Assembly (NCBI RefSeq): GCF_006345805.1
Contig: NC_043008.1
Span: 31,744,001-31,808,000, forward strand
DNA length: 64,000 bases
Origin: Octopus sinensis
Lineage: Eukaryota
Reading direction: 5' to 3'
Within the stretch, counting starts at the first letter, position 1; every line of letters starts with the position of its first letter. Below are positions 1-12,519 of this stretch, in pieces. The translations under genes were made by a program, and so were the position numbers. Under the pieces are notes generated by a model. That model was given only the letters and a program-made list of their open reading frames with translations, was not told the DNA's origin and did not search any database.

Positions 1-194
1 TCTGTCTCCTGTCTCAGAAGATAATTCAATATTCTTGATGCATTTCTTGCTAATGCAGCAACTCGTAATTCATGGATTTTTTTTTTCTCTTTCCCAGACA
101 GTCTCAGATCTCCTGCAAAAGAGATCATAGAAAGGAAAAAAAAATTCAACTACATTTGGAGAATTTTAATATTTACAACCTCGCGGGCGGTGGT

Positions 195-478
195 GGAGGC
201 ACATGGCCTAGTGGTTAGAGCAGCAGACTCGTGGTCGGGGGATCGCGGGTTCGAATCTCAGACCGGGCGATGTGTGTGTTTATGAGCGAAACACCTAAGT
301 TCCACGCGGCTCTGGCAGAAGGTAATGGCGAACTTCTGCTGACTCTTTCGCTACAACTTTCTCTCACTATTTCCTCCTGCAACTTGCAGCACACCTGCGA
401 CGGACCGGCGTCCCGTCCAGGTGGTGAACCTATACACCAAGGAAACCGGCCCTAATGAGCTAGGTGTGGCTCGAAAAG
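195..478 (+). mobile_element. tRNA-derived SINE, family S3 (octopus OR-like head)
   Basis: A box TGGCCTAGTGG and B box GGTTCGAATC; head shared with the copy at 10580. Confidence 0.75.
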
Positions 479-883
479 GCAGGCAAAATGTTTTGGCGGC
501 ATTTCGTCCGTCTTTATGTTCTGAGTTCAAATTCTGCTGAAGTCGACTTTGCTTTTCATCCCTTTGGGATCGATAAATTAAGTACCACTAGAGCACTGGG
601 GTCGATGTAATTGACTTTACTCCTAACCCAAATTGCTGGCCTTGTGCGAAAATTTGAAATCAATTTTTACAGCGGCGAGCTAGTAGAATCATTAGCACGC
701 CAGGCAAAATGTTTCGCGGCATTTCGTCGTCCTGACGGTCCGAGTTCAAATTCCACCGAGGTCGATATTACCTTTCATGCTTTCAAGGTTGATAAAATAA
801 ATACCAGTTGAGCCTTGGAGTCGATGTAATCGACTTATACCCTCCCCGAAATTGCTGGCCTTGTGCCAAGATTTGAAAGCAAT
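479..883 (+). mobile_element. Two head-to-tail SINE copies, family S2 (479-663 5'-truncated; 671-883 near full length)
   Basis: B box GAGTTCAAATTC and core gaggtcgactttgcctttcatcct..gataaa.taagtaccag, which recurs at 31640-31860, 35900-36340 (-) and 57720-57870 (-). Confidence 0.8.
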
Positions 884-1420
884 ATTTACTGCGTCGGCTA
901 AAAAAATATTCTCAGCTTTGTAATTACGGTTATGTACTTGACACTGCTGCTGAAGGACAATGATTCCTAAATGTTACAGAATTGTTTCTCAAAACTTGCA
1001 ACATGTCACACTAACTCTGACATATTAATTTTGATTCAAACAGGCCAAAGGGGGACAACTTTTTTTCTTTTCCCTTCACACTTTTTCTTTTATCTTCCTC
1101 TCATCGTTTTTCGTGTCTTCTCATGTTGTACACTTGAGTGTGACAAGCTGCTTGGAAACACGACATTCTACACAGCTTGCCAGCTTCTTGTGTTTTCACA
1201 ACAGGAAACAAATAGTAGCTCGAATTTAAATACCGTGTATATCAAATGATATTTATCTCTCACTGGATGCAGTACTTTTTTGTTAATTCCACCAATAACG
1301 GAACAGTAATATCCATCGGTCAGTGTAGCTTTTGATAGAATATCCGCGTTACGTAAGATATACAGAATGTTAAATGTGTGCTTGGCTGAAATTCGAAATT
1401 GAATCCACACACCAGTTGCT

Positions 1421-2680
1421 TGTCAGATGAATGTCTGATCCTTTGTGTTTTATCTCCATACTGAGGGATTAACGGGAAACACCTGACCTGCTAGGACCAT
1501 TATTGGTCATGGAAGAGTCACTCCATTGTTTTAGGTTTGACTTACTTCCTGACCACTGACCATACCTTATATAACTGCGAGTACCTTTCTCTCGCTCTCC
1601 TCAGTTTTGGACCGGCTAATGGAGAACACATATGTCTCGGATCTTTACCTTTTGACCGACAGATTAAAAAAAAAAATTTTAGTAACTAAACACTTTCAAA
1701 CTTCGTATACTGGTAGAATGTGTCATATAAAACATCCTTTACTTTTAGCGTTTTTTGAGAAAAATCTTATATTTAGGAAGTTATTTCACGTTAAAATTGT
1801 CCTGTTTCGGTAATTTCAACCAACCAATGACGTGTATTTAGCTGAATAAAATTACTGCTGTTGTTTGTCAACAAGAACTTCTAGCGGTGTATATTTCGTT
1901 TGTTACTGTTATTTATAACAACCTTAACTCTAAAACCTTAACCCTAACCCTAATCCTAAAATCCTAACCCTAACTCCCTAAAACCTTAAAGCTAAAACCA
2001 GTACAAACGCACAAACGATGCAATAAATAACAGTGACAAACGAAGAATACACCGCCGATAGTTGTTGTTGACAAACAACGGCAATAATTTTATTCAGCTG
2101 AATACACGTCATTGATTGGTTGAAATTACCGAAACAGGACAACTTTAATGTGAAATAACTTCCCAAATATAAGCTTTTCTCAAAAACGCTAAGAGTAAAA
2201 GATGTTTTATATGACACATTCTACCAGTATGCGAAGTTTGAAAGTGTTTAGTTACAAAAAATTATTTTCTAAATCTGTCGGTCTAAAGGTAAAGATCCTA
2301 TCTCTCTTCGTGTCAGCCGTTAACCGGGAGCATTAGCATCGAACGAAAGGACAACGTAATCCTTACCCTTTCTTCCTCTCTGTCAGCAGAACGTACTTGG
2401 CTTACACTCTACCAATTGCCAGCGAGCGACCAATACATTGTAATATTGTCAATTATTGTATCTGTCTAACTAACCACTGCCGGCAAATAAATCTGTGAAT
2501 ATTATTCTTTTCTCTTCGATGTTGTTATTACGTTGTTTCATCCTACTTTCGACTATTTGCATACAGCGACCCAACGCGCAACGAGAATTCCAATTTCTAC
2601 ATAGAGTAACTTTTCATCTGTACGATACGATTGGTACCTCCGTGAGATCCTTACAATCGTACATTACATATGGTGACCCT
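1421..2680 (+). mobile_element. LTR-like sequence (~580 bp net) interrupted by a foldback element and followed by a PBS-like TGGTGACCC
   Basis: Starts TGTCAG at 1421, has TATA-like cttatataac near 1567 and AATAAA near 2487, ends ATTACA at 2668, TGGTGACCC at 2671. Confidence 0.4.
1639..2298. mobile_element. Foldback/MITE with ~275-bp TIRs, a degenerate (CCCTAA)n core and an 8-bp TSD (Merlin- or hAT-like)
   Basis: TIRs GGATCTTTACCTTT... / ...AAAGGTAAAGATCC; flanks TATGTCTC (1631-1638) and TATCTCTC (2299-2306). Confidence 0.85.
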
Positions 2681-4170
2681 TCACATTCTACCACTACATT
2701 TGGTAACACCGACACGCACAATGTGTGTGTGTGTGTGTGTGTGTGTAAAAACTAACACTTCCTTTTTCTGAGCTGAGATTCGAAACCAAATCTAAGGATT
2801 CTCGCTCGTTTGATCCACCACTGACCAAACAGGCGCGAAAGACATTTCTTTGTCCTGTCAAAAAAATTATGGATGCTTTCCCTTCGACCTCAGCCGTTTC
2901 ATCAAAGGTTCAAGCGGACAGGAGGCAACCTACATAGGTAGGAATTTCTCCTGTGGTATCTCTGTCTCTCTCGCTGTCACAACCATTATAAATACAGAAA
3001 TTCGTCAAGGGACGAGACAGACAGACAGACAGAGAAATAGCCGGCGGCGAGACGGCCAGCAAGTAACTTCGCCATTTAAGCAGGCAACAGAGATCCAGAT
3101 ATTCAACATGAACGACAGTAGCAGTCGCAGAACATAAACAGACAACACCGAATGACCAACGCACACATAGACACAAAACATGTCCGGTTCTACTTCATCA
3201 TATCGACACAGCATTTATTCAGTTAATTTCTTCTTGACGAGCTCTTTGGTGTATACAACAAGTAAATGCAAGTGTCGTTTAAATAAATCATTTAAACTAC
3301 ACTCCGATGTTTTCTCATTGTTTACTTTGACATCGTCCACATGCTTATTTCATCTGCTACCTCAACATCTTTTATTACACCCTTCGTTATTCTACATAAA
3401 GTTATTTTCGACAATAATTGCTTAACCTAATTTCACTATTGTTGTTCATGTATGTGTTCAAAATTACTAAAATATACGCAGATTTACACATAGATATGTG
3501 ATCTTACAAGCTGCTTACATTTTCTAAAGGTTTTCAAGGAACAGTAGATTTAGTTTCCGCAAAAGTTGCGCATTTACAACATATTTGATTCATTCCATGC
3601 AACAAATGTAAATTATACGTTATTATTCACATTCATTGCAAAAGTTCCTGAAGAACTTTATTTCAGGTAAATATATGAAGTGGCACCAACACACCTAGGC
3701 CTTCTGAATTTTCTATCTGTAATTTCAAATTCTTTTTTTTTATTTTATTTTATTTATTTTTTTTTGTCACAGATTTGAAAACTTTAAAATTAAGAAGAAA
3801 TTTTTCGAATTTGGTATATTGATGTAATTTTTCACATTGACTCCGAATTTAGGATTCATTCATTTCCAGAAAAAAAAAATTAGAAAAATGTTACAAAAGT
3901 CCAAAGTTACATAATTTGTAGTCCAGTCAGAAAACAGGAATCGGAATCAAGTATTTTCTGCGTGATAGCTGTATGTCACAAAATGACAGACACAAATTAC
4001 AGGCACTAAATGATATCGCTCGTCAAAACTTGTGGTGGTGGTTGCGGTGGTAAAAGTGTCACAGTCGCACTAAGTATAACATTCCGGTTAAATTGAAAAC
4101 ACAGCAGACTACAGTTTTGCTTGTTACTATGGAAACAGACACCAGTGTGAGATTTACGATCATATATATA

Positions 4171-5220
4171 ACGAGGGTAGACTATAAAGTTCACAGGCTG
4201 ACTGTGAAGGAGTGATGCTAGAGCTGTGAAATCTTACATGCATTAATTTCAACCTTTCTTGTTAATAACTGCATTGTTTCTTTCAAGGTAAACTGACCTC
4301 TGACTGTTCAAAGAAGACTTCAGAATAAACTTGTAACGACTTCTCTAGAAAATGAACAAAACTTGGCCTCGTGGTGTTATCAAGTATGTGAGGGGAAAAG
4401 GGTTTAGCCCCCAAGGACGTTCATGCTGACATGGTTGCTACGTTAGGGGATGAAGCTCTATTTTTATCAACAGTGCTAACGGGAGCAGCTGAATTTAGGA
4501 GGGGAGGGAAGAGTCTCCAAGATGAACCAAGATTTGAGCGTCCTGTAACTGCCAGCATTGACGAAAACATTGAGCGTTTTCACGACATGGTGACAAATGA
4601 CAGGCGAGTGACTATAAACCAAATAGCCAATGATATTAGTATATCGTGTGAGAGAGTTGAGAATATTCTGTACAACGAACTTATTATGACGAACGTTTCT
4701 GCTCGGTGAGTGCCACACTTCACACCTGTTAAAACGTGAACCAGGTTGATCACATCACGGGAAAAATCTGACATTAACTGATACAGATCCAGCTGGTTCA
4801 CTTGAACATTTCCTAACCCACGATGAGTGTTGGACTCATCACTGAGCTAAAGACAAAGAAACAATCCATGCAGTAGCAACACCTCCTCTTCACTTTCTCC
4901 AAAGAAGGCCAAGGTCGCTTCATCTGCAGGGAACTTGATGTCTTCAGTTTTAGGGGATGAAAAAGGCATTGTGTTTATGGACGATCCTCAAAAAGGAAAC
5001 ACCATCAATGAAGAGTACTATGCCAACTTGTTGAGGTAGTCACGAAAGCTATCAGGACCGAACGCCCAGAAAAACTGACGAAAGACAATGTTCCAACACG
5101 TTCTTGGTTTTAATGGCTGCTGTGCGTGATTGTGGCTCTGATCTGGTTGATCACCCTACCTATTCTGACAAGGAGTACATGCATGTAATGTAAATAGGCT
5201 GAAGTTGAATATAAAAGATA
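4171..5220 (+). mobile_element. Degenerate mariner (DD34D-type) transposon
   Basis: Frameshifted transposase (EFRRG..SLQDEPR..RP, DRRVTINQIA, VSARWVPH); TIR-like start matches the copy at 33801. Confidence 0.85.
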
Positions 5221-5221
5221 A

Positions 5222-5594
5222 TCTATTATATAAAATCCGTTCTGTCTGTCTCTGAGTGTGTCTTCTAGGATCTCGGGCATCCTTCATCCAATTGCGCTCA
5301 AATTTGATATGTAGATACCGACGGTATTAGGGCGTGTATAAGTCTTGAAAAAGTTACAAAAATCGATTCCAGGTGAGAATGCGACCAATAAAGTGAATAA
5401 AATCGTTTTTCTTTGGAATAGAAAAAAGGTCTATCTTTATTTTATTTATTTTTTTTTTGTGTCTCAAATTTAGGTTAAATCGGTGTTTCTCAAAGAGGAG
5501 GCCTCAAGGGACGGTCGGAAAAGTTGTTTTGAGAAAATTTGATTTAAATGTTTGACAACTCAGCACCGTCCGTTGGACGGGAGCGTTTTGCTCG
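5222..5594 (+). mobile_element. Non-autonomous Helitron, family D
   Basis: A|TCTATTATATAAAA start; subterminal hairpin CCGTCC-GTT-GGACGG; CTCG|T end (a variant of CTAG). Confidence 0.6.
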
Positions 5595-6279
5595 TACTGT
5601 AATATAATGGAAAATATGAAATAGGATAATTAATAATGGAATAAGTGTAAATACAAATAAATGTATTGAATGAAATATATATATTGATGACGCATAGTCC
5701 ATAATGTATGTATGTATGAATGTATGTATATATGTGCATGTATGTATATGTATGTTTGTATGTATGTATGTGTGTGTATGCATATTTTTGTATGTATGTA
5801 TGTCATCATTCGGTTTTATTTCAATTTCTTACCAATAAAGAGCTGATTTCTAACCTAAATCCAAGGTTCCTTCATTGGAATTTCAAGAACACCAATAAGG
5901 TATTTTTGTTTGTATGTATGTATGTATGTATGTATGTATGTATGTATGTATGTATGTATGTATGTATGTATGTATGTATGTGTGTATGTATGTATGTGTG
6001 CGTATATGCATGCATGTACAAACGTACATACGAATGAATGATTTCTGTGAGGGGCAGAAGAAATGAAGAAATGAAAAGGCTAAGACTTTCTGGCCCGATA
6101 CGCTATGTTGTATGTTGATATCTCAACCTTCGGTTGGTGTGTGCTTTGGTACATATATGTGTTAGTGTGAATGTTCATGTTTCATAGAAAATAGTTGTTT
6201 TGCAACGTAGCAGAGAAGATTCCAAAAGTGAAGTGGAAAAACTTTCAAATTCTATTATTACTTCTTAATCACTTGTGAT

Positions 6280-6316
6280 GTAATTGTGTATATATATACA
6301 TATATATATATGCATG

Positions 6317-6371
<55 letters not shown>

Positions 6372-6381
6372 TGTGTGTATG

Positions 6382-6432
<51 letters not shown>

Positions 6433-6443
6433 ATATATATATG

Positions 6444-6474
<31 letters not shown>

Positions 6475-6580
6475 GTATATATATGTGTATATATATATAT
6501 ATATGTGTGTATATATATGTCTGTGTATATATATATATGTATACATATATATATGTATATATATATGTATATATATATTG

Positions 6581-6615
<35 letters not shown>

Positions 6616-6638
6616 GTATATATATATGTATATATATG

Positions 6639-6692
<54 letters not shown>

Positions 6693-6733
6693 TATTATAT
6701 GTATATATATATATGTATTATATATATATATAT

Positions 6734-6813
<80 letters not shown>

Positions 6814-6875
6814 ATATATATATATGTATACATATATATATATATATGTATGTATGTATATATATATATATAAGA
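6280..6875. repeat. ~600-bp compound (TA)n/(TG)n microsatellite
   Basis: Visible directly; source of the spurious YIYI ORFs. Confidence 0.98.
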
Positions 6876-7263
6876 AAATTTTATAACTTCGTTAAACCAA
6901 ATAGCAATTTCGTTAAACCGAAGAGCAAAAATAAAAATGGGACTGCAGCTGGAAGTGCTTAGGTGACATCGAGGCGAAAGGAGAAATAAATTGAAATAAA
7001 TTGAAAGGTATAATAAATAAGAACTCAAGACAACTTTATGTCATTCACAAATTATGAAAAAAAAAAACGAATATAAATATATGGTAAAATCGTATTACCC
7101 TTTTAGGTTCTGCCACCTTTTTACTCGTGCATATGTGTATATTTTACACTGTTTGATTTTATATCATTGGGTGCCCTATTATTTTAATATATATATATAT
7201 TTATATTCGACTTTTGATAATTTGGGAATGATATAAAGTTGTTTTGACCGATTAGAGTGCTTA

Positions 7264-7298
<35 letters not shown>

Positions 7299-7301
<3 letters not shown>

Positions 7302-7407
7302 CTGCTCGCTTAGCCAGCGGGGTGGCGTCATTCGAAGGCTAAAACAATGCGAACGCATTGTGACCAGCGATGTGTAACTACATCTGGTGGACTGGTCGGT
7401 GATGTGA
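7299..7407 (+). mobile_element. 3' tail fragment of SINE family S3 inside (TA)n
   Basis: Matches 10770-10881 (cctgctcgcttagccagcggggtggcgtc...gcattgtgaccagcgatgtg). Confidence 0.8.
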
Positions 7408-7433
7408 TATATATATATATATATATATATATA

Positions 7434-8001
7434 CTAGCTTTTAAGCCCCGTCTTACCTGGTTGGTTTGTATGATGTGGCTGTGAAGCCTGCTCTGAGTAA
7501 GAATTCGACTTGTTTTGGCACGCTTACATTAAAAAACGATTTTAGAATGACTTTTTCTGTCAAAACGCTATAAATAACTGACCCCAAAAAAAATCAACAT
7601 TCAACCAAATCAAAAAATAAACCTAAATACTAAACGAACAAAGATGAACCATCCCACTTCCATTGCGTGCGCACACGCATACACATACGCACACACACAC
7701 ACACAAACACACATACGCATTCACATACCCCCGCTTTTACATACAAACACAGAGTTGTAATTTTTTGCGCAATTCTACCCAGCCGGTTGACCGTGAATCC
7801 CAAGACAAGAAAGAATCGCCCATGTCAAATTTATATATATATATATATATATATAATCATTCATATCTCTCACGCGCACACACACACATGCGCACACACA
7901 CATACACACATACACACACGTCCATTTCATATATCTTCTTTCAATTTCTGCTCTCTGCAAATAAAATTTTTTACGGATACAACTGCTTACAAAAATAGGG
8001 A
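7434..8001 (-). mobile_element. Non-autonomous Helitron-like element with internal (CA)n
   Basis: Minus strand reads A|TCCCTATTTTTGTAAG ... CTAG|T; weak subterminal hairpin. Confidence 0.5.
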
Positions 8002-8199
8002 TTAATGTATAATTTCTTTCTATGTTCATAATTAAATCAATGTTTTAATGATTGACAGAGGTCCAATAGAATAGCTCTCAGAAACAGACTACGTAAAAAT
8101 TCGTTCTTCACAACTCCTGAAGCTGTTTTCTGGCAGGGGAGTAAGTTCAGGAAATTTTCATATAGCTGGAGGCTCCAATCGAAACTGGGCTTAGCTGCT

Positions 8200-9912
8200 A
8201 GTATTATATATACGTGGATACCCCCTCACCACTATCCACACCGCCCTTGCCAGAGCACGGTCCGTGGACCGTGTATCTGCTCTCTCTCCCCGAACCCGCC
8301 CTGTAGTCTCCCGCCTCCCTTTTCCCCTCACTTACCACCCCACGACCCTACGTCTCCAACGCACCATTCTTCGAGCTTTCCGTCATCTCCAGTCCGACCC
8401 GTCCACTTCACACCTCTTCCCTAACCGACCCCTCCCCTCTTTCAAACGAGCCCACAACCTTCGAGACCTTTTGGTCCATAGCTCCTTCCCTGACCCTACC
8501 TCCCAACCCGGCTCGTTCCCCTGCTCCCGCCCACGTTGCCGCACTTGCCCTTACCTCTCCAACACCACCCGCCTCACTAGCACCCACCATCGACCCTATC
8601 CCATCATCCACTCCTTCACCTGCACCTCCAGCAATATTATCTATTGCATCTCTTGCTCTCTCTGCAATTCCTTGTACATCGGACAAACGGACGCCGCTTG
8701 GCTGACCGGTTCGCGGAACACCTTCGTGACATCCACCTTGCGAACGACACACCGGTCTCACGCCATTTCCGCTCCACCGGTCACTCCTTGCAACACCTAT
8801 CTGTGTTCGGTTTGTCCTTACACAGAGGCCATCCGGATTCCCGTTTGCGCCGTGAACAGGAATTAATCTTCTCTCTTCGCTCTTATACGCCATTTGGTCT
8901 CAACTCTCCCCCCTCCTCATCTAACCCCCCTCTCCCCCCTCCTCACCTATCCTTTCTCCCCCCGACCCCTACTTCTTCAGTCCTTCATCCTTTCACCCCT
9001 ACTCCCCTTCCCTTCTTCCCTCTTTCTCCCTCCCTCTTCCCCTTCCCTCTGCTCCCTCACTCCCTCTCTCCCCCTCTCCCTCTTTCCTCCTTCATCCCCC
9101 TCCTCCCCTTCCTTCTCCCCCATCCTCTCCTCTTCCCCCTTCTCCTCCCCCTCTTATTCCCCTCCCCTTCTCCCCCCTCTTCTCCCCTCCCCCTCTTCTC
9201 CCCCTCCCCCTCTTCTCCTCACTACACCACATGACTTTACACATCACATCACATATGATGTGCCATACTAATACACACACCAACTAATACATACTAATAC
9301 GTACTAATACATACTAGTACATACTAATACTTACACCAACCCTATACATACACACGTCCAGACCCCGCATACGCACTTATACTCTCTCACACACACACAC
9401 ATACCTATACATACCAATACGTACTAATACATACTAATACATACTAATACATACTAATACATACACCAACCCCATACATACGCACGTCCAGACCAATCTT
9501 ACGCACTAATACTCTCTCATACACACACACACACACACACACCCTTATACATACTAATACATACACCAACCCTATACATACACACATCCAGACCCCTCCC
9601 ACGCACTTTTAGCTGGTCCCTCAACCCGTTTATCAACCCTATTATCTCCCCTTATTTCGCTCTCGCGTCTCATGTTTGATCTTTGACCTCTGGCCGAAAT
9701 CAGATCGCCATGTTGATTCGTTAGCTACTGCACGCATTTTTTTTCTCTCCTTCTTCTGTGTTTTTCTCTCTCTGTGTATCTTTCTGTTGAAGAGCGTAGG
9801 CTCGAAACGTTAAGACTTGTTTTATTTATATTTCCTGAGCGCCATACTAATACAATTGTTCGTTTGTTTTCCACCTGCCTTCGTCTTTTGTTTATTTTCA
9901 TAAAGCTTCCCG

Positions 9913-9915
<3 letters not shown>
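8200..9915 (+). mobile_element. Penelope-like element 3' part: GIY-YIG endonuclease, CT-rich UTR, tandem ~125-bp units and pLTR
   Basis: FPCSRPRCRTC..FTCTSSNIIYCISC..C..LYIGQT, then a frameshift into GRRLADRFAEH..RE..LI..L....P.GLN; pLTR homologous to 26590-26775. Confidence 0.9.
9779..9816 (+). ncRNA. Minimal type I hammerhead-like motif with variant core CUGUUGA
   Basis: CTGTTGA-A-GAGC(GTAG)GCTC-GAAAC-GT-T; weak stem I; lies in a PLE pLTR. Confidence 0.45.
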
Positions 9916-9952
<37 letters not shown>

Positions 9953-10066
9953 TATATATATATACATTATATATATCGTATATATCATATATATATACGT
10001 TATATATATATATATATATAGATAGATAGATAGATAGATAGATAGATTGATATAAATATACATACA

Positions 10067-10089
<23 letters not shown>

Positions 10090-10098
<9 letters not shown>

Positions 10099-10360
10099 AA
10101 CGGAATGAGATAAAACAATCCAAGACTGTGAATAGTTTCAGAACATTTATGAAGAGGTCTTACAGCTGTTTTCGGGATATTTTATATATCCCTTCATCAG
10201 AGACGGTGTAAGAAAATGTTTAAGTAATAGTTATTTTAGAGAAGATATGAAATACAGAGTGAAGTGTAGGAATGAAAACAGAGATGAGATACTTAAGGAT
10301 ATTGTATCTGCAGTTCCATTATTTAAGCAGAATGGTGTATATGTAAGTTTCCTGTACTTT
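10090..10360 (-). mobile_element. Penelope-like pLTR / 3' end fragment
   Basis: Contains a hammerhead motif and is flanked by microsatellites. Confidence 0.55.
10157..10204 (-). ncRNA. Minimal type I hammerhead ribozyme motif (CUGAUGA core)
   Basis: Minus strand: GTCT-CTGATGA-A-GGGATAT(ATAAA)ATATCCC-GAAA-ACAGCTGT-A-AGAC; palindromic stem III; one extra A after GAAA. Confidence 0.65.
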
Positions 10361-10365
10361 ATATC

Positions 10366-10417
<52 letters not shown>

Positions 10418-10434
10418 GCTATCTATCTATCTAG

Positions 10435-10483
<49 letters not shown>

Positions 10484-10493
10484 CATCTCTCCA

Positions 10494-10534
<41 letters not shown>

Positions 10535-10535
10535 C

Positions 10536-10579
<44 letters not shown>

Positions 10580-10580
<1 letters not shown>

Positions 10581-10879
10581 GAGGCGCAATGGCCCAGTGG
10601 TTAGGGCAGCGGACTCGCAGTCGTAGGATCGCGGTTTCGATTCTCAGACCGGGCGTTGTGTGTGTTTATTGAGCGAAAATACCTAAGGCTCCACGAGACT
10701 CTGGCAGGGGGTGGTGGCGATCCCTGCTGTACTCTTTCGCCACAATTTTCTCTCACTCTTTCTTCTGTTAGCCTGCTCGCTTAGCCAGCGGGGTGGCGTC
10801 ATTTGAAGGCTAAAACAATGCGAAACGCATTGTGACCAGCGATGTGAAACAACATCTGATAGCCTGGTCGGTCATGGTG

Positions 10880-10881
<2 letters not shown>
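10580..10881 (+). mobile_element. Full-length tRNA-derived SINE, family S3
   Basis: A box TGGCCCAGTGG, B box GGTTTCGATTC; inverse copy at 37893-38136. Confidence 0.85.
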
Positions 10882-10921
<40 letters not shown>

Positions 10922-11150
10922 AAATAAGAAAATGGAGAAACACATCATAATCAATGATCAACTACCAGATAATACCCAATCACATAATTTATTAAACCAC
11001 TACATATGAACGTTAAGGTCAAACATAATAATATAGAACAAAACAATGTACATGAAAGAGTAATATGATACAATATATATATTATGTATGTACGTACGAA
11101 TGTATGTATGTATGTATGTATGTGTGTATATATATATATATATATCATAT

Positions 11151-11184
<34 letters not shown>

Positions 11185-11254
11185 ATTATATATATATATA
11201 TATATATGATATATATATATTATATATATACATTACATATATATATTATATATA

Positions 11255-11767
11255 TCTATATATATAAAACTGTAGTTGTGTGAGTGTCTGTCCCCTTCGA
11301 TTTAGATTCCTAACTACTCCCATATTTTGCGGTGCAGTTTAACCAAATTCGGGTATCTTATAGTCGTGATTCATATCGAGCCCGTCTGAGTATTAGCGCG
11401 CGTCTACGATGAGTCTACGATTTTAAAAATAATTTAACATAATTTTTTATTCCATTTTAAAGCATAATTTTTCGTGTATCGATGGCGGCGGAGTTGGCGT
11501 CCATGGTCACACCTGCACCTGTTTGCTTCTCCCCCTTCTTCCCTCCCTCGTGAAGCTGTGGGGAAGGGAATGTAAGGAAATCAACGTCGTAACGCGGTGT
11601 CAAGGAGACCAGCGTTCTTTTAGAACAACGACTTCATGGCTTGAAGACACCAAAACAGAAATGGCTAAGAAAGCTCGAATTGGCATCTATAAGGGAAGTA
11701 ACTCTCTAAAAATGCTTATATAGTTATTTCCCTTACAAACCCGAGCAACGCCGGGCGATACTGCTAG
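11255..11767 (+). mobile_element. Non-autonomous Helitron, family A (513 bp)
   Basis: A|TCTATATATATAAAACTG ... CCCG-AGCAACGC-CGGG hairpin ... CTGCTAG|T; no TSD. Confidence 0.9.
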
Positions 11768-12114
11768 TATATAATATATATATTATATATACACATTACA
11801 TGTATATATTATGTATATATATATATTATATATACATATAACATATATTTTTTATGTATAAAATTAGTGTACAATTAAACACAATACATGCGACCCTTAA
11901 CAGGCAGCTTTACATGCTAGAAGTAGCAGTCAAAACGACCACCATGTAAGGCTGCCTGTGACGGTTCGCCTCTATTGTGTTTATTTATACACTAATTTTA
12001 TATGATAAATATGTTGTCTGTTGATTTTTTTTTACATGCTAGGCCACTGGTAGTGAAATTTCTAAAATTTCGCTATCCTATATTTTGTGAATATTTTATG
12101 TATATATATTTTTT

Positions 12115-12514
12115 ATGTGGAATTGCAATGGGAACCCGAGCTAACCCAGTGATCGCGAACCCTGTAATGGTTTACCTAGAACTTAAAATATACCAATCAT
12201 CACTACAAAAATATGGCACCTCATTTCATTGCTATTTAAAGGAGAACTGGAGGAGGTATTAAGATGATTGCTTTATACTTTGGAAGGATAGCATGGACAA
12301 ACTCCTCGATTTCAAAATAATGCTCAACAATATAAATAGCAACATACAATTTAACATGGAACACAGCAACAAACAACTCCCTTTTCTTGACATCCTAATT
12401 AAAAGAATTAATAACTACATCGAAACAGACATCTATAAACCCACAGATTCAAAACAATACCTATTATTTAACTCATGCCACCCCAAACATATAAAAATTA
12501 ATATACCTTATGAG
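12115..12514 (+). mobile_element. Penelope-like reverse transcriptase fragment
   Basis: GIAMGT.ANP..AN, RY*DDCF, IQFNME....LPFLDILI, SCHPKH. Confidence 0.9.
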
Positions 12515-12519
12515 AATGA

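Noticed and set aside
195-270. tRNA-like sequences at SINE heads (also 10580, 17005, 57052, 60830)
   Set aside because: They have A and B boxes but no complete cloverleaf, and they continue into SINE bodies, so they are not tRNA genes.
2851-3260. Second LTR-like segment ending TATACAACA
   Set aside because: No TSD, uncertain 5' boundary, and a polyadenylation signal on the wrong strand for the apparent TATA.
6258-7028. Long ORFs of 195-256 aa ([12 protein letters not shown] types) here and at 43859-44382, 45634-47499 and 52724-53430
   Set aside because: These are translations of dinucleotide and tetranucleotide microsatellites that lack stop codons in some frames; there is no coding signal.
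9250-9600. Spaced tandem repeats superficially like a CRISPR array
   Set aside because: Eukaryotic context; the units are minisatellites of the Penelope 3' UTR with no unique spacers and no cas genes.
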